Source of the DNA: Paraspadella gotoi
Lineage: Eukaryota; Animalia; Chaetognatha
Assembly (NCBI GenBank): GCA_051294375.1
Contig: CM119268.1
Span: 20,663,266-20,727,265, forward strand
Reading direction: 5' to 3'
Length of the DNA: 64,000 bases
The notes under the pieces were generated by a model. That model was not told where the DNA came from, searched no databases, and worked only from the letters and a program-made list of their open reading frames with translations. This document shows, one piece after another, positions 40,044 to 51,797 of this stretch (position 1 is its first letter; every line of letters begins with the position of its first letter). A program made the position numbers and the translations under genes.

Positions 40044-40123
40044 ATAATTTGAATAAAAACTTGTTTCTTTTATTAAAAAAAAACATGTTAAATTCACAAT
40101 TAATCTTAAACCCTGTGGGTCTT

Positions 40124-40255
<132 letters not shown>

Positions 40256-41345
40256 CCGAAAAGAAAGCCGAAAAAAAACTTTGAGGTAGAACCGAATCCA
40301 GGGATTTGCAAGCAAAGCTTGGTCGCTAAGTGTTGTTTCTGCGCTTCGGCTCAGATGAAATGGAAAGCGGAGAAAAAGAGAAAAAGAGAAAAAGAGAAAA
40401 TGAAAAGAGAAAAGAAAGAATTTGTTGTGGATTATTTTGGACTAATTCGGGAATCGATTAGAAAATAGAAAATAGAAAATAGGAAAAAAAAGACAAAATT
40501 GAACTTAAAAAATATAAAAGTAAAAATTTAAAATAGAAATTAAAACAAATACAAAATAAGAAATGACAGAAATTGACAAAAAAAGGACAATTTAAACAGA
40601 TATACAAACCTATTACAGGAATATTGAAAATTGAAAGTTAAAAAATATTGACAACGAATGATGAGTCCGTTCAGTTCCCCTTAAAAAACAGCTGTTTTGA
40701 ATGAGAGAGAGAATGAAGAGAGAGAGAGAGGGAAATAAATCCCAGATCGAAATGACCGCTGAGAATTAGTGTGGTGGCGGAATTGGACTCGTTTACTGTC
40801 TCGTTCATCGTCGTCGTCGTCGTCATCATCAGGCCAAACAGGCGACGACATAACGACGATCAGGCATCGGTTGGAATCGGCGACCAATCAGNNNNNNNNN
40901 NNNNNNNNNNNNNNNNNNNNNNNNNNNNNNNNNNNNNNNNNNNNNNNNNNNNNNNNNNNNNNNNNNNNNNNNNNNNNNNNNNNNNNNNNNNNNNNNNNNN
41001 NNNNNNNNNNNNNNNNNNNNNNNNNNNNNNNNNNNCGACCAATCAGGCATCGGTTGGAATCGGCGACCAATCAGGATTCGCTGATTTCATTTTCGACATG
41101 ATCGCTCTTTCCTCTGATCCGATTTGGTTCAATATATATTTAAATTTTAATCAATAAAAAAACTAACCAAAAAATAAAAGATCAAACAGGCAGCAACGTT
41201 TTCCGCCAAATCGGCGCCGAGATTTAATCCGCCGGAAAAGTGGGATTTCATTTTCAGTCCAGCTTAGCCAATTCCGGCAAAGCGGATATCTTGGCAAAGA
41301 CGAGTTTCGCCCGAGGCTGAATTTTCCGGTCGAGCAGAAAAAGCA

Positions 41346-41380
<35 letters not shown>

Positions 41381-41689
41381 NNNNNNNNNNNNNNNNNNNN
41401 NNNNNNNNNNNNNNNNNNNNNNNNNNNNNNNNNNNNNNNNNNNNNNNNNNNNNNNNNNNNNNNNNNNNNNNNNNNNNNNNNNNNNNNNNNNNNNNNNNNN
41501 NNNNNNNNNNNNNNNNNNNNNNNNNNNNNNNNNNNNNNNNNNNNNNNNNNNNNNNNNNNNNNNNNNNNNNNNNNNNNNNNNNNNNNNNNNNNNNTCTCTC
41601 TCTCTCGTTTTTGTACAAAAAAGGAAAAAATGCAGGAATCAAAAATGGATAAAACGAGAGAAATAAGCGACTTGAGTCGGGGAAACGAG

Positions 41690-42220
41690 ATTTAATCTGG
41701 AGGCGCTTAACTCGGGTCGTTTATACGTCGTTAGAGGGCGGGCGCTCCATCTGATGCGTCACCATGGTAACGAAGAATAAACACGAAAGACATTTATAAA
41801 CGTATGCATATATCGCTTCGAATAAAATTTGACGAGAGCAAAATGGCGGCTAAAAACATTTTATGGTTTTCTTCTCCGAAATAACAAAGTCGATTGGCTG
41901 AGCCAAAGAACCATCACCCTAAACTTTCCCTCTAGCCAAAACCTTAAAAAATTCTCACCCACTTTCTTCCTTTTCCTCACCCGATTCACGGATTTACACT
42001 TTCCTTCTCCACCGAAATTCACAAAACACTTTTCAAAGCGAATTTCATGATTTACGTTTTTTTTCTAATTCGGTTACTGACGCCGACAATGATGACGACG
42101 AAGATGACAAAGGAGGTAAAAAGAACGACGACTAGGATGACGACGACGACGACGACGTCGACAAAAGCGAAAAGAAGCAAAGCCTCTCCAGCTGATGAAT
42201 TGGTTGCCATGGAAACCGAA
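41690..42220. promoter_or_regulatory. Promoter-like region with two RFX X-box motifs
   Basis: GTCACCATGGTAAC (41758-41771), GTTGCCATGGAAAC (42203-42216), GC box GGGCGG (~41736), AAAATGGCGGC (YY1-type, ~41840) and reverse CCAAT GATTGGCT (~41892). Confidence 0.45.
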
Positions 42221-42364
42221 ATGAAAACATGAATCAGAGGAGAGAAAAAAGTGAAAATATATGATAGGAAAGAAACCCAGGGTGAGATTTTCACTCCGCC
42301 TACCCCACTATAAGAGCTTAGTAGGGTGGATGACGGAAANNNNNNNNNNNNNNNNNNNNNNNNN

Positions 42365-42914
42365 TAAGGAAAAAGGGGAAAAAAAGAGATAAAGAATTAA
42401 GGAAAAAGGGAAGAAGAGATAAAGAATTAGGGAAAAAGGCGAAGAAAGGATAAGAATTAAGGAAAAAGGCGAAGAAGAGATTAAAAAATAATAACAGAAG
42501 ATTTGAGAGAAAAAATAAGAAAAAAAAAAGAAAAGAATTTGCTTAAATGTCTGGATACGATTTAAACCAGAACGCCGAATCCTCTTTTCCATCTTTTGCC
42601 TCATAAACCAATTCGTTCTCTCTAACTGCTCTACTCTCCTCTCAACCTCACTCACTCTCTCTCAATCTTTTCTCTCCTCCTTCTCTCTGGACCTCCTCCT
42701 CTCTCGATCCTCTTCTCTCACTCTCCTCTCTCTCTCTCATCTCTCTATCTTCTTAACTCCTCTCTCTCTTCTCTCTCTCTCTCTCTCTCCTCTCTCTCTT
42801 CCTCTTCCTCTTTTCTTGTCTTATTTCCTCCATTCCTTCTTGTTTTCTTTTTTTGTTCTTTATTCGTACTCTCACTGGCGTCTCTCTCTCTCTCTCAATC
42901 TCTCTCTCTTCTCT

Positions 42915-42958
<44 letters not shown>

Positions 42959-43534
42959 CCTCCTTTAGTTGTCTTAATTTTGTTCTTTAAGTGTTCCGCT
43001 CGCTGCTGCATTAAATTTCGTCTTTATTTCTATATAGTTTAAGGAATTTGAAGGCCCTGGCGCTACCATTCACTTCCTTGTTGATTTTTTTCTGTCTTAA
43101 CACATGACAACCAACTAAAGGCAATTTGATCATTTGTACTTGCGACCCCTGGCCTATCCCCGGCCCGTCTTTCTATCAAATATAATCTAATCTGTATGAA
43201 TTTTTAACGTAAGTGGGGACAGACCCGACGGACCGACGGACCGACGACGACCGACCCGAAAAGTGACTATAGAGTTGCTCCGCGATTACTCGCGGCTCAA
43301 CTAAAAATGAGTTTGTTCGTCCATCCGTCCGTCCGTCCGTCTGTCCATCCTAGCTTGATCTCCAATTACTTTTCAATTATAATTTTTTTTTAAATAATGA
43401 ATAAATTGTTTAACTGATACTTATATAAATTTTCGTATGCTAGATGCACGTTGTTTGCTCAAATTATTGTGAGTCCTTTCTTCTTTCATTTTCTTCTTTC
43501 TTTCTTTCTTTTCTTCCTTTCTTTCTTTCTTTCT

Positions 43535-43566
<32 letters not shown>

Positions 43567-44973
43567 TTTTTCTTTCTTTCTTTCTTTCTTCTTTTTCTTT
43601 CTCATGAACCAGGTAAAGCCTCTTTGCAAATCGCGCAAACAATTTCCCTTAACGTGAGAAAGATTCGCGATGGATCTACGTATCCGCCGGCGGACAGACT
43701 GAAAGAAGGACGACTGACCATCGTACGAAGAAAAATTATGAGGTTTTTATTGTTAAAACGATAAACCGAACAGTAAACAATGTAAAAGTCTCAGAGCTTA
43801 TAATAAACAACTAATTTAATATCTCAACATAAGGCTTAATAACTTAATAACTTTTTAATTTAATGACTAAATAAGTTCTGTTAACACTATTCTGTTTACT
43901 TATTAACTAATAACTTAAAAAATAAGTTTTTAAAATTTGCTGTATTATAATAACCCACTAACCGATTACAAAACAAACAAGTTTGCGCAAACAATGTCGG
44001 ATCTACTATGATAATTAAGCGGTAATAAGCTAAGGCGTATGATAAATCATGGTATTATTTCTGACTTTCAATTTGTGATCTTAACAGATCACAACACATC
44101 TGTACATAACAAATCATACCAGACTTCTTAATAAATCTATGAAAAAAATCTATAAATCATTAATCTATCAAATCATTACTAATGGCCTAACCAACTTGTA
44201 TAATTTGATAGTTTTGCATAATTTGCTAATTTGGCACAATTTGGTCAACTTGTATAATTTATAAATTTTGCATAATTTAATCACTTACACTATTTGGTCA
44301 ATGGCATTAATTTGGTCAACTTGAGAGGCTGTTTACAATGCCGCACACCCGCAGCGGTGTCACCTCATGGCAACAGCGAGACAGCATGTTAATGTGTCCA
44401 GAGTTTTGGATCTGGCGTAGGCCCATGCCTACAGGCGGGTTACCCGGTCCATCCCCACTTTCTACATAACAACCTCAGGGCTCGAACCAGGACGCACATT
44501 GGGATGGAGCATTATCCACTGAGCACTGAGGCGCTGCGAAAGAAACAGGCTTTTAATCCATCTGTGGTGATAGGACCACCAGACCACTGACTTGCAAAAT
44601 TTGGTAGACTGGCCATAATTTGGTCAATTGACGTAATTTGGTCAACTGGCATAATTTGTCAAACTGCCATAATTTGGTCAATTTGTCAATCATAATCAAA
44701 CACACCGAGAGAGGAGAGAAATTTTAAAAAAATTCAAATAAATGTGTTTTTTGTTTTCAAATTTAAACTCTTTCCACTCCTACATACCATAAAAAAATTA
44801 TTTCCAACTTAATTGCATACTTCCCACTTACCCACACGTAAAATTTAAATTCCGGACCGACGGACCGACAAAGTGGATTATTGATCCGACTAAAAAATAA
44901 TTTGAATAAAAACTTGTTTCTTTATTAAAAAAAAACATGTTAAATTCACAATTAATCTTAAACCTTGGGTCTT

Positions 44974-45036
<63 letters not shown>

Positions 45037-46174
45037 AAGAGACCGAAAAGAAAGCCGAAAAAAAACTTTGAGGTAGAACCGAATCCAGGGATTTGCAAGC
45101 AAAGCTTGGTCGCTAAGTGTTGTTTCTGCGCTTCGGCTCAGATGAAATGGAAAGCGGAGAAAAAGAGAAAAAAGGAAAAAGAGAAAATGAAAAGAGAAAA
45201 GAAAGAATTTGTTGTGGATTATTTTGGACTAATTCGGGAAATCGATTAGAAAATAGAAAATAGAAAATAGGAAAAAAAAGACAAAATTGAACTTAAAAAT
45301 ATAAAAGTAAAAATTTAAAATAGAAATTAAAACAAAATACAAAATAAGAAATGACAGAAATTGACAAAAAAAGGACAATTTTAAACAGATATACAAACCT
45401 ATTACAGGAATATTGAAAATTGAAAGTTAAAAATATTGACAACGAATGATGAGTCCGTTCAGTTCCCTTAAAAAACAGCTGTTTTGAATGAGAGAGAGAA
45501 TGAAGAGAGAGAGAGAGGGAAATAAATCCCAGATCGAAATGAGCGCTGAGAATTAGTGTGGTGGCGGAATTGGACTCGTTTACTGTCTCGTTCATCGTCG
45601 TCGTCGTCGTCATCATCAGGCCAAACAGGCGACGACATAACGACGATCAGGCATCGGTTGGAATCGGCGACAATCAGGTATCGGTTGGAATCGGCGACCA
45701 ATCAGGCATCGGTTGGAATCGGCGACCAATCAGGCATCGGTTGGAATCGGCGACCAATCAGGCATCGGTTGGAATCGGCGACCATCAGGCATCGGTTGGA
45801 ATCGGCGACTAATCAGGCATCGGTTGGAATCGGCGACCAATCAGGCATCGGTTGGAATCGGCGACCAATCAGGCATCGGTTGAATCGGCGACCAATCAGG
45901 ATTCGCTGATTTCATTTTCGACATGATCGTCTTTCCTCTGATCCGATTTGGTTCAATATATATTTAAATTTTTAAATCAATAAAAAACTAACCAAAAAAT
46001 AAAAGATCAACAGGCAGCAACGTTTTCCGCCAAATCGGCCGCCCGAGATTTAATCCGCCGGAAAAGTGGGATTTCATTTTCAGTCCAGCTTAGCCAATTC
46101 CGGGCAAAGCGGATATCTTGGCAAAGACGAGTTTCGCCCGAGGCTGAATTTCCGGTCGAGCAGAAAAAAGCAGA

Positions 46175-46218
<44 letters not shown>

Positions 46219-46369
46219 CCCTTCTCTCTCTCTCTCTCTCTCTCATAATCGTTCTCTCATCTCGGAAGACTAAAAGAAAAGGACGGAAAAAACATGGCGG
46301 CCCGCGTTAAAACCACATTTGCATATATTCGCGTCCTTTCATTTCATGTGGCTTTGCCCGCTCGTCCTC

Positions 46370-46446
<77 letters not shown>

Positions 46447-47125
46447 TTTGTACAAAAAAGGAAAAAATGCAGGAATCAAAAATGGATAAAACGAGAGAAA
46501 TAAGCGACTTGAGTCGGGGAAACGAGATTTAATCTGGAGGCGCTTAACTCGGGTCGTTTATACGTCGTTAGAGGGCGGGCGCTCCATCTGATGCGTCACC
46601 ATGGTAACGAAGAATAAACACGCGAAAGACATTTATAAACGTATGCATATATCGTTCGAATAAAATTTGACGAGAGCAAAATGGCGGCTAAAAAACATTT
46701 TATGGTTTTCTTCTCCGAAATAACAAAGTCGATTGGCTGAGCCAAAGAAACATCACCCTAAACTTTCCCTCTAGCCAAACCTTAAAAATTCTCACCCACT
46801 TTCTTCCTTTTCCTCACCCGATTCACGGATTTACACTTTCCTTCTCCACCGAAATTCACAAAACACTTTTCAAAGCGAATTTCATGATTTACGTTTTTTT
46901 CTAATTCGGTTACTGACGCCGACAATGATGACGACGAAGATGACAAAGGAGGTAAAAAGAACGACGACTAGGATGACGACGACGACGACGACGTCGACAA
47001 AAGCGAAAAGAAGCAAAGCCTCTCCAGCTGATGAATTGGTTGCCATGGAAACCGAAATGAAAACATGAATCAGAGGAGAGAAAAAAGTGAAAATATATGA
47101 TAGGAAAGAAACCCAGGGGTGAGTC
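42365..47125 (+). other. ~4.8-kb tandem copy of ~37440-42300 (probable assembly duplication)
   Basis: Collinear and near-identical, differing mainly by 1-bp indels. The two copies are separated by exactly 25 N (42340-42364). Confidence 0.85.
45648..45900. repeat. 28-bp minisatellite, ~9 copies (CAGGCATCGGTTGGAATCGGCGACCAAT); gapped counterpart at 40861-41075
   Basis: Tandem copies read directly. Confidence 0.95.
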
Positions 47126-47126
47126 C

Positions 47127-47750
47127 CACTATACGCGGCTTAGCTTAGGGTGGATGACGAAAATATCCGCGCTCAAGCCAGAACGACTACACTATAAGAG
47201 CTTAGTAGGGTGGATGACGGAAAATATCACAGGGCTCGCTATCGAGCCAGAACGACTACACTATAAGAGCTTAGTAGGGTGGATGACGGAAATATCACAG
47301 GGCCTCGCTATCGAGCCAGAACGACTACACTATAAGAGCTTAGTAGGGTGGTGACGGAAAATATCACAGGGCCTCGCTATCGAGCCAGAACGACTACACT
47401 ATAAGAGCTTAGTAGGGTGGATGACGGAAAATATCACAGGGCCTCGGGCTACCGAGCCAGAACGACTACACTATAAGACTAGTAGGGTGGGATGACGGAA
47501 AATATCACAGGCCTCGCTATCGAGCCAGAACGACTACCACTATAAGAGCTTAGTAGGGTGGATGACGGAAATATCACAGGCCTCGCTATCGAGCCCAGAA
47601 CGACTACACTATAAGAGCTTAGTAGGGTGGATGACGGAAAATATACACAGGGCCTCGCTATCGAGCCAGAACGACTACACTATAAGAGCTTAGTAGGGTG
47701 ATGACGGAAAATATCACAGGGCCTCGCTATCCGAGCCAGAACGACTATAC
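47127..47750. repeat. ~70-bp tandem array, ~9 copies, no spacers
   Basis: CACTATAAGAGCTTAGTAGGGTGGATGACGGAAAATATCACAGGGCCTCGCTATCGAGCCAGAACGACTA head to tail. Confidence 0.95.
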
Positions 47751-47771
47751 CCCGCCAGCTCTCTCTCTCTG

Positions 47772-47833
<62 letters not shown>

Positions 47834-47912
47834 TCTCTTTCAGTTTCACTTAATATCTCTCTTACGTTTATGTTTTTGTTTTGGTTTAGTTGCCAAGGAC
47901 GACTGGTCTATT

Positions 47913-47943
<31 letters not shown>

Positions 47944-48716
47944 GACTTTTCTTCTTTGGCCTCAAATAAGTTTTTCCTAGAGAACAAAAATCCTGTTGGA
48001 CTTTGTCTTGAGCAAAGAGTAAAGAGACTTGAGACTTAAGCTGACACTCTGCGTTCTTAGGTGAATATAATGAGAGCATGCCCTGTCGCATGAACTTTTT
48101 AAACTATTTATTGCAAAAGAGTAAAACAATTTGAATAATATTGTTTTGAATTATCTTTTAAGTGTAAGAGTAAGAGTAAGTTTAAGAGATCTTAATTCTA
48201 CACCATATCCTGTTCAAAGTCAGGGGCAAGACAGCTTATTTAATAAATGAATGGATAATTTTATATTGCTTGTACCAATTTTATGTATATCAATTTTACA
48301 TAAATATTATCTTTGTTTAGATTAATTATAGAACCAGATACGAAGGTGACTTTATTTTCAAAAGTGTCTTACAAGGTTCTACATGTCTTGAACTTTTCAT
48401 CTCACTGGTATTCTTGCTATCAAAACTATTTTTTCCACTAACCGTTTTTCGCTTTTAAAAAGAAAAAAAAAAGAAATTATAATGATCGTTTTTTGTTTGT
48501 CGTTCCCAGGGTTCGAACCCCGGGATCCAACCGAGACCAATTATTCCTTTTTGCCCAAAAGTAAAGAAGAATAAAATCTTGGGAAATTTTTTTTTCGACT
48601 TACAAAAGAAAAAGAAGAAAAAAATGTGAATGGTGATGACTTTTGGTCATATTCATGGGGTCTCTCTTCTCGTTCTCTCACAGACAGAGATTTTCACCAA
48701 TTCACTAATCCTTCTT

Positions 48717-48760
<44 letters not shown>

Positions 48761-49816
48761 CCTTTCACAATTAACGATGATGATGATGTATTGATTCACT
48801 TTCTGTTCCAGTGAAACTCATCTAATGGGGCGGGAAAATTTCTCACTGACTTTGATACTGTCTCTCTGTCTCTCTCTTTCTCTCTGTCTCTCTTTCTCTC
48901 AGTCAATAATTGCATGACAGCAAAAAACGACAGTTGATGCAACAGAAATCACAGTCAAATAACCCAACATTTTGATGATTTAAATAAAGTTCACTTAAAT
49001 ACAAAACCGATCACCGGTCAATGTGATGCGAGCGTTCGAGGATAAGGTTCGGCGATCACGGGGTGAAACGATGCCAAAATCGTCAGAGGTCAAAAAAGGT
49101 CATCAGGGTCATCAAGGATCGAATGTGAAAGGTCAACGCGAGGTCATCAAACTTCCATCTGGACGACATCAACGCTGATCGTTCGTTGGCCAAAAGAAAC
49201 AAAGAGATTTCATTTCCTTCGAAAAGCCGCTCGGGGACGACGACGACGAAGACGACGATGACAACGACGAAGACAACGACGACGATGACAATGGAGAAGA
49301 CGACATCGAGGACGACGACGACGAAGACGACAAGGACGACGACAACGACGAGGGCGAAGACAACAACAACAAAAGCACCAACGTTATCGGTTGCCAATGA
49401 CGACGGTTCACTGAACTTCGCTTTTGCTCTTTGGGTTTCGCTTTTCATTTTTTTGGCCTCGGCGATCGAAATGACGTCACGTGACTAAAATGAAAGCGAA
49501 ATGAAAAGAAATTGAAATGAGTCTAAAAATTTCTTTTTTAAAAATTAGAAAAAAATAACTAATTTTTTCAAAGCAGCAGGAAAATAGCAATGAGAACTAA
49601 AGAGAAATCCTGGCCAGCGTATAAATATTTCAAAAATCCATCTGGCGTTTTCCCTAAACGTGCTCCTCTGCAATTCCATTTTGTCCTCAATGGTTAAGGA
49701 TTGCAGAAACTGAAAGAAGACGTTGCGAGGCGGTGCCAACGGGAACGGCGACAGCACCAACAGCCTTGACGTCTACTCTCCTCTCTTTTTGCTGAGAGAA
49801 AGAGTGAGAGAGAGAT

Positions 49817-49954
<138 letters not shown>

Positions 49955-51529
49955 GGGAAGCGTAGGCGAGGGGGGAAACAAAATGAATGGTAATGAAATA
50001 AAAGAAAAAAAGAGAAAAAGAGGGGAGGAGAAACGGAGGCAGGAAGTTGAGTGAAATTGATGGAGATAAAAGAGAAAGCGAAAGATGAGACGGAGGGAGG
50101 AAAGGGGGAGGGAGGATGAGGAGGAGGAAGGAGAAAGGAGATGAAGAAGGAGGAAGGAGGAAAAGGAAACGGGGAGGAGAAAGGAAGGAAAAGAAACTTA
50201 GGAAAGAGAGACTGGGGAGGAAAAGGAAAGATGGAGGAAAAAGGAAAGATAGAGAAGGAGATTGGGGAGGAAAAGGAAAGATGGAGGAAGAAGGAAAGAG
50301 AGAGAAAGGAGATATGGGAGGAAAAGGAAAGATGGAGGAAGAAGAAAGAGACGAGAAGGAGATGGGGAGGAAAAGAAAAGATAGGAGGAATAAGGAAAAG
50401 AGATAGAAGGAGATTGGGGAGAAAAGGAAAGATAGGAGGAAGAAGGAAAGAAGAGAGAAGGAATTGGGGAAAAGGAAAGATGAGGAAGGAGAAAGAGAGA
50501 GTAAGGATTTGGGACAGAAAAAGGAAAGATGGAGGAAGAAGGAAAGAGAGAGAAGGAGAGTGGAGGAAATATTTGTTGGGCTTTAATCGTAGGAGGAAAA
50601 GAAGGAAAGAAATTAAGGAAACGAGGAATGATGGAAGGAAGGGAGAAAGTTTGCGGAAGAACTCAGTGAAGAGATAATTAAGGAAGAAAGAAAAAAAAGA
50701 AAAAGAGGAAAATGAATTTAATACAATTAATGAGGAGGAGGAAAGGAGGAAGAGGAAAGGAGGAAGAGGAAAAGTAATGGAAAGTTTTTATTTTTCACCA
50801 AAACGTTACATTTGAAAATACGACGTGGAAATGGAATAAAAGAGAAGGAGAGGCGAGGTAAACGTGAAGAGGGAGTTATATAAAGAAGTAATAATAAGAA
50901 GATATGTAGAGAAGTAAAGAAGATAAGAAAAGGAAAGGAAGGAAAAAAAAGAGAAAAGAGAAAAGAGAAGAGAGGGATGAAAGATCTTAGAGCGAATGAA
51001 AAATGGCGTTGCGTCACAGTTGCATTCATAAAAAAAAATTATCTGTTCGACTTTATTATGATATTCGGTTGGATTTAATAAAACATTTTATTTTTATGTA
51101 TTTATATAAAAACTATCAATGCAAAATCTTATTTTTTTATACATTTGACTAATTAAAGAGTAAAATAATAAAATTTTTACTAAAAAGTTATTTATTTATA
51201 TTTATATTTAGTACAATAAAATGAAAATAGCATCAGAGCATTGTTTACTATTCTTTTCATCTTATTTTTCGAATACTGTTTGTTAAATATACTTAATGCT
51301 GCATATTTTTAAAAAAATATATTATTTGTATTTTTTTGTTTATTGAAGGAATTATTGTTATTATTGTCACCGTTATAAAAGTTATTATTGCTAGTATGGT
51401 TATTATTATAGTTGATTATTATATTTATATATATTATTATTGATTGGTATGATTGTAGTAGTTATTATGTAAAATAAAAAATATAAATTTATTTTTTTAA
51501 TTTATATTACTTTTACTTGTACAATTTTA

Positions 51530-51797
51530 TCAAAACTTTAATTTTGGCTAAAGCACATTTTTTCCTACCCACATACAAAATTTTAACATAATCTGTTTAT
51601 CCAATCTCGAGTAACTGGAGATTAAAGCAAAATTGGGATAGGTGGACATATGGATAGACTGACAGACAGATAAAAAAAAATAATTTTTTTTATAATTTAA
51701 CATTTTTTAGATGATTTAGGTGATTGAATGACCAAACCAATAAACAAACAAAGGAGATGATAGAGTTGATTCTGCTTAAGAAGATTTGACTAAAAAG
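51530..51797 (+). mobile_element. Diverged 3' half of a family 1 HINE-like element
   Basis: TTTCCTACCCACATACAAAATTTT...GACTGACAGACAGA...ATAGAGTTGATTCTGCTTAAGAAGATTTGACTAAAAA parallels 13995-14265. Confidence 0.55.

Noticed and set aside
42192-42240. Second hammerhead-like string CTGATGA..GAAA
   Set aside because: Three extra bases before helix II, cleavage triplet would be AUG (violates NUH), and helix I is poor. The hairpin is better explained as an X-box palindrome.
47127-47750. CRISPR-like appearance of the regular repeats (also 45648-45900 and 62286-63080)
   Set aside because: Units are head to tail with no unique spacers, there are no cas genes, and the context is eukaryotic.
49186-49488. 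Thr-rich ORF with a hydrophobic end (mucin/GPI-like)
   Set aside because: Built on an (ACG)n tract open in several frames, with an in-frame stop at 49126 and no convincing acceptor or ATG start. Cannot be excluded but is unsupported.
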